From the human T2T-CHM13v2.0 reference genome, Homo sapiens, in assembly GCF_009914755.1 (NCBI RefSeq), contig NC_060929.1: a stretch of 64,000 nt of DNA, one strand, 5' to 3'. Positions 1 to 11,400 of this stretch are shown in pieces. How positions within the stretch are numbered: position 1 is the stretch's first letter; the number at the start of each line of letters is the position of its first letter. A program made the translations under genes and the position numbers. The notes beneath the pieces were generated by a model, which was not told where the DNA came from, did not search any database, and saw only the letters and a program-made list of their open reading frames with translations.

Positions 1-274
1 TTTGATGAACTGTCTGCAGAGAAGTCTTTGATGGTTTTATAATGTTACTCTTTTTCAATGACTATTTTGCCTCTTATTTTCTCAATATGTAATTTCTCCC
101 TTTCTTCTTGATCAGGTTAGATGTTTGTTAATTTTTTTCTGGAAAGATAGACTTTAGATTTATTAAGTTACTGTTTTTCTATTTTCTCATTAATCATGGC
201 TCTTATCTTTGTTACGTCCGTATACTTTCCTTTGGCTTACTTACTTTGCTGTTCTTTAGTTGTTGACATCTTTT
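1..274 (-). mobile_element. Ancient L1M (L1ME-like) ORF2-region fragment; host of later insertions, continues at 7012-7465 and ~11100-11400
   Basis: T-rich degenerate antisense L1 sequence; reads as continuous L1-like sequence across the TSD tgttgacatctttt into 7026+. Confidence 0.55.
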
Positions 275-571
275 TAGTTTTGTTTTGTTTTAATTCATAT
301 CATCTGTAACTTTTTAATCAGATGATTTTCCCATAGAAATTGTTCAGATAAAACTAAACATACCTCAGTATGAATACACAGCATACACAGTAAAACGTTA
401 GAAAACATACCTCAGTATGAATACACAGCATACACAGTAAAACATGTTAGAAAACATCTCTCTGTTGAAATTACTCCACATAAGAGAACGATATTTTTTA
501 GTAAAGATTTTACACCATCATCTACATTTCTGTATTTAAAGATCTGGGGTAGGAGAGGACAATGACTTTCC
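275..571 (-). other. Putative L1 3' transduction (non-L1 sequence plus a second A-rich tail)
   Basis: Lies between the L1 poly(A) (~572-592) and a second A-rich tail (275-291), inside a 14-bp TSD (261-274 / 7012-7025); ATTAAA on - strand at 313-318. Confidence 0.75.
356..457. repeat. 47-bp tandem duplication (~2.1 copies)
   Basis: aaacatacctcagtatgaatacacagcatacacagtaaaac(at)gttag repeated with period 47. Confidence 0.95.
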
Positions 572-793
572 TTTTTAAGTTTTTTTTTTATTATACTTTA
601 AATTCTGGGATACATAGTGCAGAATGTGCAGATTTGTCACACAGGTATCCATGTGCCATGGTGGTTTGCTGCACCCATCAATCCGTCATCTACATTAGGT
701 ATTTCTCCTAATGCACTCCCTCCCCTTGGCCCCACCCCCAACAGGCTCCCAGTGTGTGATGTTCCCCTCGCTGTGCCCATACGTTCTCATTGT

Positions 794-3700
794 TCAATAC
801 CACTTATAAGTGAGAGCATGAGGTGTTTGGTTTTCTGTTCATGTGTTAGCTTTCTGAGAATGATGGTTTCCAGCTTCATCCATGTCCCTGCAAAGGACTT
901 GAACTCATCCTCTTTTATGGCTGCATAGTATTTCATGGTATATATGTGCCACATTTTCTTTATCCAGTCTATCATTGATGGGCATTTGGGTGGGTTCCAA
1001 GTCTTTGCTATGGTGAATAGTGCTGCAATAAACATGCGTGTGCATGTGTCTATATAGCAGAATGATTTATAATCCTTTGAGTATATGCCCAGTAATGGGA
1101 TTGCTGGGTCAAATGGTATTTCTGGTTCTGGATCCTTGAGGAATCACCACAGTTTTTCACAATGGTTGAACTAATTTACACTCTCACCACAGTGTAAAAG
1201 CATTCCTATTTCTCCACATCTTCTCCAGCATCTGTTGTTTCCTGACTTTTTAGTGATCACCATTCTAACTGGTGTGAGCTGGTGTCTCATTGTGGTTTTG
1301 ATTTGCATTTCTCTAATGATCAGTGATGATGAGCTTTTCTTCATGTTTGTTGGCCGCATAAATGTCTTATTTTAAAAAGTGTCTGTTCATATCCTTCACC
1401 CACCCACTTTTTGATGGGGTTGTTTTTTTCTTGTAAATGTGTTTAAATTCCTTGTGGATTCTGGGTATTAGCCCTTTGTCTGATGGATAGGTTGCAAAAA
1501 TTTTCTCCTATTCTGTAGGTTGCCTGTTTACTCTGATAGTTTCTTTTGCTGTGCAGAAGCTCTTTAGCTTAATTAGATGCCATTTGTCAATTTTGTCTTT
1601 TGTTGACATTGCTGTTGGTGTTTTAGTCATGAAGTCTTTGCGCATGCCTATGTCCTGAATGGTATTGCCTAGGTTTTCTTCTAGGGTTTTTATGGCATTA
1701 GGTCTTATGTTGAAATATTTAATCTATCTTAATTTTTGTATAAGGTGTAAGGAAGGGGTCCAGTTTCAGTTTTCTGCATATGGCTAGCCAGTTTTCCTAA
1801 CACCATTTATTAAATAGGGAATCCTTACCCCATTGCTTGTTTTTTTCAAGTTTGTCAAAGATCAGATGGTTGTAGATATGTGATGTTATTTCTGAGGGCT
1901 CTGTTCTGTTCCATTGGTCTATATCTCTGTTTTGGTACCAGTACCATGCTCTTTTGGTTACTGTAGCCTTGTAGTATTGTTCGAAGTCAGGTAGCATGAC
2001 GCCTCCATCTTTGTTCTTTTTGCTTAGGATTGTCTTGGCTATACGGGCTCTTTTTTGGTTCTGTATGAAATTTAAAGTAGTTTTTCCTAATGCTGTGAAG
2101 AAAGTCAGTGGTAGCTTGATGGGAATAGCATTGAACCTGTAAATTACTTTGGGCAGTATGGCCAGTTTCATGGTATTGATTCTTCCTATCCATGAGCATG
2201 GAATATTTTGCTACTTGTTTGTGTCCTCTTTTATTTCCTTGAGCAATGGTTTGTAGTTCTCCTTGAAGAGGTCCATCACATCCCTTATAAGTTGTATTCC
2301 TAGGTATTTTATTCTCTTTGTAGCAGTTGTGAATGGGAGTTCACTCATGATTTGGCTCTGTTTGTCTATTGGTGTATAAGAATGCTTGTGATTTTTGCAC
2401 ACTGATTTTGTATCCTGAGACATTGCTGAAGTTGCTTATCAGCTTAAGGAGTTTTGGGGCTGAAATGATGGGGTTTTCTAAATATACAATCATGTCATCT
2501 GGAAACAGAGATAATTTGACTTCCTTTCTTCCTATTTGAGTACCATTTATTTCTTTTTCTTGCCTGATTGCCCTGGCCAGAACTTCCAATACTATGTTGA
2601 ATAGAAGTGGTGAGAGAGGTCATCCTTGTCTTGTGCCGGTTTTAAAAGGGAATGCTTTCAGCGTTTACCCATTCAATATGATATTGACTGTGGCTTTGTC
2701 ATAAATAGCTCTTATTATTTAGAGATATGTTCCATCAATACCTAGTTTATGGAGTGTTTTTTAGCATGAAAGGATGTTGAATTTTATCAAAGGCCTTTTC
2801 TGCATCTATTGAGATAGCCATGTGGTTTTAGTCATTGCTTCTGTTTATGTGATGGGTTACATTTATTGATTTGCACATGTTGAACCAGCCTTGCCAGCTT
2901 GATTGTGGTGGATAAGCTTTTTGATGTGCTGCTGGATTTGGTTTGCCAGTATTTTATCGAGGATTTTTGTATCAATATTCATCAGGGATGGTGGCCTGAA
3001 ATTTTCTTTTTTTGTTGTGTCTGCCAGGTTTTGGTATCAGGATGATGCTGGCCTCCTAAAATGAGTTAGGGAGGAGTCCCTCTTTTTCTGTCATTTGGAA
3101 TAGTTTTAGAAGGAATGGTACCAGCTCCTCTTTGTACCTCTGGTAGAATTCAGCTGTGAATCTGTCTGGTCCTGGGCTTTTTTTGGTTGTTAGCCTATTA
3201 ATTATTGCCTCAATTTCAGAACTTATTATTGGTCTATTCAGGGATTCAACTTCTTCCTGGTTTAGGCTTGGGAGGGTATATATGTCCAGGACTTATCCTT
3301 TTCTTCTAGATTTTCCAGTTTATTTGCATAGAGGTGTTTATAGTATTTTCTGATGGTAGTTTGTATTTCTGTGTGATCAGTGATCTCCCCATTTATCATT
3401 TTTTATTGTGTCTATTTGGTTGTTCTCTCTTTTCTTCTTTATTAGTCTAGCTAGCAGTCTATTTTGTTAATCTTTTCAGAAAACCAGCTCCTAGTTTCAC
3501 TGAGGTTTTTGAAGGGTTCTTTTGTGTCTCTCTCCTTCAGTTTTGCTCTGATCTTAGTTAATTCTTGTCTCCTGCTGGCTTTTGAATTTGTTTGCTCTTG
3601 CTTCTCTAGTTCTTCTAATTGTGATGTTAGGGTATCAACTTTAGATCTTTCCCACTTTCTGATATGGGCATTTAGTGCTGTAAATTTCCCTCTAGACACT

Positions 3701-4586
3701 GCTTTAGCTTTGTCCCAGAGATTCTGGTACATTGTGTCTTTGTTCTCATTGGTTTCAAAGAACTTATTTATTTCTGCCTTAATTTCATTATTTACCCAGT
3801 AGTCATTCAGGAGCAGGTTGTTCAGTTTCCATGTAGTTGTGCAGTTTTGAGGGAGTTTCTTAATCCTGAGTTCTAATTTGATTGCACTGTGGTCTGAGAG
3901 ATTGTTTGTTATGATTTCAATACTTTCGCATTTGCAGAGGAGTGTTTTACTTCCAATTATGTGGTCAATTTTAGAATAAGTGCAGTGTGGTGCTGAGAAG
4001 AATGTATATCCTGTTGATTTGGTGTGGAGGGTTCTGTAGATGTCTATTAGGTCCACTTTGTCCAGCTGACTTCAAGTCCTGAATATCCTTCTTAACTTTC
4101 TGTCTCAATGATCTGGCTTATATTGACAGTGGGGTGTTAAAGTCTCCCACTATTATTGTGTGGGAGTCTAAGTCTCTTTGTAGGTCTCTGAGAACTTGCT
4201 TTATGAAGCTGGCTGCTCCTGTACTAGGTGTGTATATATTTAGGATAGTTATCTCTTCTTATTGCATCGATCCCTTTACTATTATGTGATGCCCTTCTTT
4301 GTGTTTTTTGATCTTTTTTGATTTAAAGTCTGTTTTATCAGAGACTAGGACTGCAAACCCTCCCTTTTTTTTTTTTTTTTTTTGGCTTTCCATTTTCTTG
4401 GCAAATCTTCCTCCACCCATTTATTTTGAGCCTATGTGTGTCTTTGCATGTGAGATGGGTTTCCTGAATAGAACACACCAATGGGTCTTGACTCTTTATC
4501 CAATTTACCAGTCTGTGTTTTTAATTGGGGCATTTTGCCCATTTACCTTTAAGGTTAATATTGTTATGTGTGAATTTGATCCTGTT
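794..4586 (-). pseudogene. L1 ORF2 (endonuclease/reverse transcriptase), disrupted
   Basis: Several ORF-track fragments match ORF2p; start context atcataacaggatc lacks the ATG; 18-T run at ~4366-4383; RT motif reads FPDD. Confidence 0.93.
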
Positions 4587-4648
4587 ATGATGCTAGCTGG
4601 TTAGTTTGCTCATTAGTTGATGCAGTTTCTTCATAGTGTCAATGGCCT

Positions 4649-5680
4649 TTACATTTGGGTATGTTTTTGCAATGGCTAGTACTGGTTTTTCCTTTCCATA
4701 TTTAGTGCTTCCTTCGGGAGCTCTTATAATGCAGGCCTGGTGGTGACAAAATCCCTGAGCATTTGCTTGTCTGTAAAGGATTTTATTTCTCCTTCACTTT
4801 TATAGACATTAATTTGACTAGACATGAAATTCTGCATTGAAAATCATTTTTCTTTAAGAATGTTGAATATTGGCCCCCATTCTCTTCTGGCTTGTAGGGT
4901 TTCTGCAGAGAGATATGCTGTTAGTCTGATGGGCTTCCCTTTGTGGGTAACCTGAACTTTCCCTCTGGCTGCCCTTGAACATTTTTTCCTTCGTTTCAAC
5001 CTTGGTGAATCTGATGATTATGTGTCTTGGGGTTGCTCTTATTGAGGAGTATCATGGTGGTGGTCTCTGTATTTCCTGAATTTGCATGTTGGCCTGTCTT
5101 GCTAGGTTGGGGAAGTTCTCCTGGATGGTATCCCGAAGTGTGTTTTCCAACTTGGTTCCATTCTCCCCATTACTTTCAGGTACACCAATCTTAAATGTAG
5201 GTTTGGTCTTTTCACATAGTCCTATATTTCTTGGAGGTTTCGCTCATTCCTTTTCATTCTTTTTTCTCTAATCTTGTCTTCATGCCTTATTTCATTAAAT
5301 TGATCTTCAATCTCTGATAACCTTTCTTCCACTTGATCAATTTGGTCATGGATAGTTGTGTATGCTTCACGAAGTTCTCATGCTGTGTTTTTCAGCTCCA
5401 TCAGGTCATTTATGTTCTTCTGTAAACTGGTTATTCTAGTTACAAGTTGCTGTAATCTTTTATCAAAGTTCTTAGCTTCCTTGCATTTGGTTAGAACATG
5501 CTCCTTTTACTTGGAGGAGTTTGTCATTACCCACCTTCTGAAGCCTATTTCTGTCAATTCATCAAACTCATTCTCCATCCAGTTTTGTTCCCTTGCTGGC
5601 GAGGAATTGTGATCCTTTGGAGGAGAAGAGGCATTCTGGTTTTTGGAATTTCCAGCCTTTTTGCGCTGGTTTTTCCTCAT
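4649..5680 (-). pseudogene. L1 ORF1 (RNA-binding chaperone), disrupted
   Basis: ATG at 5680 (atgaggaaaaaccagcgcaaaaag) and stop in context caaatgtaa at 4649; no intact ORF in the track. Confidence 0.85.
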
Positions 5681-7011
5681 CTTCGTGGATTTTTCTACCT
5701 GTGGTCTTTGATGTTGGTGATCTTTGGATGCGGTTTTTGCGTGGCGGTCCTTTTTGCTGATGTTGATGCTGTTGCTTTCTGTTTGTTAGTTTTCCTCCTA
5801 GCAGTCAGGACCCGCTTCTCCAGGTCTGCTGGAGTTTGCTGGAGCTCCACTCCAGACCCTGTTTGCCTGAGTATCACCAGTGGAAGCTGTAGAACAGCGA
5901 ATATTGCTGCCTGCTCCTTCCTCTGGAAGCTTCGTCCCAGAGGGACACCCACCAGATGCCAGCCGGAACTCTCCCATAAGAGGTATCTGTTGACCCCTGC
6001 TGCAAGGTGTCTCCCAGTCAGGAGGCACGGGGGTCAGAGACCCACTTGAGGCAGTCTCTCCCTTAGCAGACCTGGAGCGCTGTGCTGGGAGATCCACAGC
6101 TTTCTTCAGAGCCAGCAGGCAGAAATGTTTAAAAGTCGCTGAAGCTGCACCCACAGCCACCCCTTCCCCCAGGTGCTCTGTCCCAGGGAGATGGGAGTTT
6201 TATCTATAAGCCCGTGACCGAGGCTGCTGCCTTTCTTTCACAGATGCCCTGCCCAGAGAGGAGGAATCTGGAGAGGCATTCTGCTACAGTGGCTTTGCAC
6301 TGCTGCGGTGGGCTCTGCCCAGTCCAAACTTCCTAGTGGCTTTGTTTACCCTGTGAGGGGAAAACCGCCTACTCATGCCTCAGTAATGGTGGACGACCCT
6401 GTCCCCACCAAGCTTTAGCATCCCAGGTCGACTTCAGACTGCTGTGCTGGCCGCAAGAATTTCAAGCCAGTGGATCTGAGCTTATTGGGCTCCATGGTGG
6501 GGGTGGGATCTGCTGAGCAAGACCGCTTGGCTCGCTGACTTCAGCCCCCTTTCCAGTGGAGTGAACGATTTTGTCATGCTGGTGTTCCAGGTGCCACTGG
6601 GGTATGAAAAATAACTCCTGCAGCTAGCTTGGTGTCTGCCCAAATGGCCGCCCAGTTTGTACTTGAAACCCACGGCCCTGGTGGTGTAGGCACCCAAGGG
6701 AATCTCCTGGTCTGTGGGTTGCAAAGACCTTGGGAAAAGCATAGTGTCTGGGTCGGATAGTACTGTCCCTCATGGCACAGTCCATCACAGCTTCTCTTGG
6801 CTAGGGTAGGGAATTCCCTGACACCTTCTGCTTCCCAGGTGAGGCAACAGCCTACCCTGCTTCTGCTCACCCTCCATGGGCTGCCTCCACTGTCTAGCCA
6901 GTCCCAATGAGATGAACCAGGTACTTTAGTTGAAAATGTGGAAATCACCTGCCTTCTTCATTGGTCTCACTAGGAGCTGCAGACTGGAGCTATTCATATT
7001 TGGCCATCTTG
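5681..7011 (-). promoter_or_regulatory. L1 5'UTR internal promoter with YY1-type caagatggcc motif and antisense-promoter/ORF0 region
   Basis: GC-rich 5'UTR; ggccatcttg at 7002-7011; ORF0-like ATG at 6386 on +. Confidence 0.75.
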
Positions 7012-7025
7012 TGTTGACATCTTTT

Positions 7026-7465
7026 GAGCCAGATATTTTATTTATCCTGATAACTGTTGTAGTGCTAAGAATTTTTTTGTTGATTGCTTTAAATGAACCC
7101 ATAGATTCTAATATATAGTGTTTATATTTTTAGAAAGTCTATAATCTCAGTGTTTTTCCCTTTTTAGCCAAGTCATGTAATAAGTGTTTTATATTAAGTT
7201 TCAATTTAAAAGTTTTTGTTTTTGTCAATGTCTAGTTGTATTGCATTATGATCAGAGTTGTTTTTAATGTTTCTACCTTGAAATTAGAGATATTTTTAGT
7301 GTCACCTAATATATGATGAGTTATTGTGAAAGTTTCACAATAACTTTGTAATGTGTTTTTACTTAAACAAGTAAAAACAAGTACATAATAAAATCGGTAC
7401 TTGAGAAGGTATATTCTCTATTTGAAAAATGTAAATTTCAAAATCTATTCATAAGATCTATCTTA
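7026..7465 (-). mobile_element. Ancient L1M fragment (continuation of 1-274)
   Basis: Degenerate antisense ORF2 motifs: gctttaaatgaacccatagattc, ttgtattgcattatgatcagag, cttgagaaggtatattctct. Confidence 0.6.
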
Positions 7466-8803
7466 TTGAGAGTTTTTAACATGAATGGATGTTGAATTTT
7501 ACTGAAAGCCTTTTCTGCATCTATTGAAATAATCATGTGGGTTTTGTCTTTAGTTTTGTTTTTTTAGGCCAATGGAACAGAATAGAGAACTCAGAAATAA
7601 GACCACACACCTACAATATCAGTATGATATTTGCTGTGGGTTTGTCATAATAGCTCTTACTATTTTGAGATATGTTCCATCAATACCTAGTTTATGGAGT
7701 GTTTCTTTTAGCATGAAGTTGTGTTGAATTTTATCAAAGGCCTTTTCTGCATCTATTGAGATAATCATGTGGTTTTTGTCTTTAGTTCTGTTTATGTGAT
7801 AAATCACATTTATTGATTTGTATATGTTGAACCAACCTTGCATCCCGGAGATGAAGCCTGCTGGATCGTGGTGGATGAGCTTTTTAATGCACTGCTATAT
7901 TCAGTTTGCCAGTGTTTTGTTGAGGATTTTTACATTAATGTTCATCAAGGATATTGGCTTAAAGTTTTCTTTTTTGTTGTATCCCTGCCAGGTTTTGGTA
8001 TCAGGATGATGCTAGCCTCATTGCATAAGGGAGGAGTCCCTCCTTTCAAATTTTGGAATAGTTTTAGTGAAAATGGTACCAGCTCTTCTTTGTACCTCTG
8101 GTAAAATTCAGCTTTGAATAGGTCTGGTTCTGGGCTTTTTTTTGGTTCAGACGTTATTTATTACTGCCTCGATTTCAGAATTCATTATTGGTCTTCAGGG
8201 ATTCAGTTTCTTCCTGGTAGAGTCTTAGGAAGGTGTATTTGTCCAGGAATGTACCCATTTCTTCTAGATTTTCTAGTTTATGTGCCTAGAGGTATATATA
8301 GTATTCTCTGATGATTGTTTTTATTTCTGTGGAGTCAGTGGTGATAATCCCCTTATCAATTCTGATTGTTCATTTGAATCTTCTCTCTTTTCTTCATTAG
8401 TCTAATGTTCTATTTTATTAATTATTTCAAAAAACCAGTTTCTGGATTCATTGATTTTTTTTTTTTTTTTTTTTTTTCCTCTGAAGGGTTTTTCATGTCT
8501 CTATCTCTTTCAGTTCAGCTCAGCTCTGATCTTGGTTATTTCTTGTCTTCTGCTAGCTTTGGGGTTTGTTTGTTCTTGGTTCTCTAGTTCATTTAGTCAT
8601 GATGTTAGGTGGTTAACTTGAGAACTTTCTACCTTTTCGATGTGGGCATATGGTGCTATAAATTTCCCTCTTAACACAACTTTAGCTGTGTTCTAAAGAT
8701 ACATTGTATCTTTTTTCTTAATCATTTCAAAGAACGTCTTGGTTTCTACCTTAATTTCATTATTTACCCAAGAGTCATTCAGGAGCAGGTTATTCAATTT
8801 CCA
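7465..8803 (-). mobile_element. Inverted 5' segment of an L1PA11-14-like element (ORF2), with patched region 7564-7763
   Basis: [40 protein letters not shown] on -; joins sense L1 at ~8803. Confidence 0.9.
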
Positions 8804-11095
8804 CATCCCTTCATGTTAAAAACTCTCAAACTAGGTGTTGAAGGAACATGACTCAATAAGAGCCATATGTGGCAAACCCACAGACAATATCATACTGAAT
8901 GGGCAAAAGCTGAAAGCATTCCCTTTGAAAACCAGCACAAGACATGGATGCCCTCTCACCACTCTTACTCGGCATGATATTGGAAGTTCTGGCCAGGGCA
9001 ATCAGGCAGAGAAAGAAATAAATGTATTCAAATAGGAAGAGGGGAAGTCAGACAATCTTTGTTTGCAGATGACATGATCTTATACCTAGAAAGTCCCATC
9101 ATCTCAGCCTTAAAAGCTTCTTAAGTTGATATGCAACTTCAGCAAATTCTCAGAATACAAAATAAATGTGCAAAAATCACAAGCATTGCTGTACACCAAT
9201 GACAGGCAAGCTGAGAGCCAAATCATGAATGAACTCTCATTCAAAATTACCACAAAAAGAATAAAATACCTAGGAATACAGCTAACAAGGAAAGTGGAGG
9301 ACCTCTTCAAGGAGAACTACAAAGCACTGGCAAAGAAATTAGATGACACAGATAGAAAAACGTTCCATTCTCATGGATAGGAAGAATCAATACCATGAAA
9401 ATGGCCATACTGCCTAAAGTAATTGATAGATTCAATGCTATTCCCATCAAACTACCATTGACATTCTTCACAGGATTGGAAACAGTATTTTAATACTGAT
9501 ATGGACCCCAAAAAACAGCCTGAATAGCCAAGACCATCCTAAGCAAAATAAACAAAGCTGGAGGCATCATGCTACCTGACTTTAAACTTTACTACAAAGC
9601 TAGAGTAACCAAAGAAGCATGGTTCTTGTATAAGAACATTCACTTAGACCAATGGAACAGAATAGAGAACTCAGAAATAAGAGCACACACCTACAATCAT
9701 CTGATCTTTGACAAACCTGATGAAAGCAATGGGGAAATGATACCCTATTTAATAAATGGTGCTAGGAGAACTGGTAAGCCATATCCAGCAAATTGAAACT
9801 AGACCCCTTCCTTACACCATATTACAAAAATCAACTCAAGATGGATTGAAGACTTAAATTATGTAAAATCCAAAGCTATAAAAACCCTAGAAGAAAATAT
9901 AGGCAATACTATTTAAGACATAGGCATGGGCAAAGATTTTATGACAAAAAACATCAAAAGTAATTGAAATAAAAGTAAATATTGACCAAATGGGATCTGA
10001 TTAAACTAAACAGCTTCTGCACAGCAAAAGAAACTATCATCAGAAGTAAACAGACAACCTACAGTATAGGAGATAATTTTGCAATCTATCCACCCGACAG
10101 AGATCTAATACCCAGCATCTACAAGGAACTTAAATTTACAAGAGAAAAACAACCCCATTAAAAGTGGGCAAAAGACATGAACAGACACTTATCAAAAGAA
10201 GATATACATGTGGCCAAAAAACATGAAAGAAAGCTCAACATCACTGATCTTTAGAGAAATGCAAATCAAAACCACAGTGAGATACTATCTCACACCAGTC
10301 AGAATGTCTCTTATTAGGAATAAAAAAACAGCAGATGCTAGCAGCGTTTTGGAGAAAAAGGAACACTTTATACTCCCACCAACAGTGTAAAATTAGTTCA
10401 ACCATTATGGGAGACAGTGTGGCAATTCCTCAAAGACCCAGAGGCAGAAATGCTATTTGGCTCAGCAATCTGATTACCCAATGGAATGTAAATCATTCTA
10501 TTATAAAGACGCTTGCATGCATATGTTCATTACAGCACTATTTACAGTAGCAAAGACATGGAGTCTACCTAAATGCCCGTCAATGATAAACTGGATAAGA
10601 CAATGTAATATATATATATATATGTACACATATACGTATATATATGTGTGTGTATATATATATATATATATGTACACATATACGTATATATATGTGTACA
10701 TATATATATATACACATACACACACACCATGGAATACTATACAGCCATAAAAAGGAACAAGATCATGTCCTTTGCAGGGACATGGATGTAGTTGGAAGCC
10801 TTTATCCTCCACAAATGAATACAGGAACAGAACACCAAATACCGCATTTTCTCACTTATAAGTGGGAACTGAATAATGAGAACACATGGACACTTCAAGG
10901 GGAACAACACACACTAGGGCCTGTAGGAGGTTTGGGGGTGGGAGGAGGGAGAGTATCAGAAAGAATAGCTAGTGGGATGCTGGATGATGGGATGATCTGT
11001 GCAGCAAACCACCATGGCACACGTTTACCTATGTAACAAACCTGCACATCCTACCCATGTACCCTGAACTTAAAATAAAAGTTGGAAATCAAAAA
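8803..11095 (+). mobile_element. L1PA11-14-like 3' portion (ORF2 RT and C-terminus, 3'UTR, A-rich tail)
   Basis: [35 protein letters not shown]; 3' end gatgatctgtgcagcaaaccaccatggcacacgtttacc...acttaaaataaaagttg. Confidence 0.93.
10607..10727. repeat. (TA)n/(CA)n/(TG)n compound microsatellite inside the L1
   Basis: Alternating purine-pyrimidine tract; unit tatatatgtacacatatacgtatatatatgtgt occurs twice. Confidence 0.95.
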
Positions 11096-11099
11096 GAAA

Positions 11100-11400
11100 T
11101 CTACCTTTATGATTATACTGTTTAGGTGCTACCTCTTATTCTTGCTGTTATATCTCTTCCTGTTCACTTTATCTGTCTTGGACTGAGCATGGTATATGAA
11201 AGTCTCCTATTCCTCTACTGTTAGTGTGTTTCTACTGCCTCCCATCAACGCCTGTAATTTTGCTTCCTAATGGCTACTGAAATTCATAACTATCATATCT
11301 TCATTGTGAATTGTGACTTATTGTATCTAATTTTAGTTTGCCTTATATCTGAATCAGCCCCTCTTCTTTTTTATTGTCTCACAAATCCTATGAAATGCTT
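11100..11400 (-). mobile_element. Ancient L1M fragment (third piece of the host element)
   Basis: tatactgtttagg..., ttatctgtcttggactgag...aagtctcctatt resembles antisense L1 endonuclease region. Confidence 0.55.

Larger units (their letters stand above)
572..7011 (-). mobile_element. Near full-length LINE-1, L1PA7-like (L1PA6-8), inactive
   Basis: Poly(T) and L1PA 3' end at 572-790; ORF2 fragments ([54 protein letters not shown]); ORF1; GC-rich 5'UTR whose first bases are caagatggccaaat on - strand at ~7011. Confidence 0.97.

Noticed and set aside
356-457. CRISPR-like repeat array
   Set aside because: Simple head-to-tail duplication with no unique spacers, in eukaryotic DNA.
3451-4056. 201-aa ORF as a functional endonuclease gene
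   Set aside because: Fragment of a frameshifted L1 ORF2.
5498-6049. 183-aa + strand ORF
   Set aside because: Antisense reading of the L1 ORF1 start and 5'UTR; a common L1-derived spurious ORF.
10457-11036. Tyr/Ile/Thr-rich ORFs
   Set aside because: Translation of a microsatellite inside L1.
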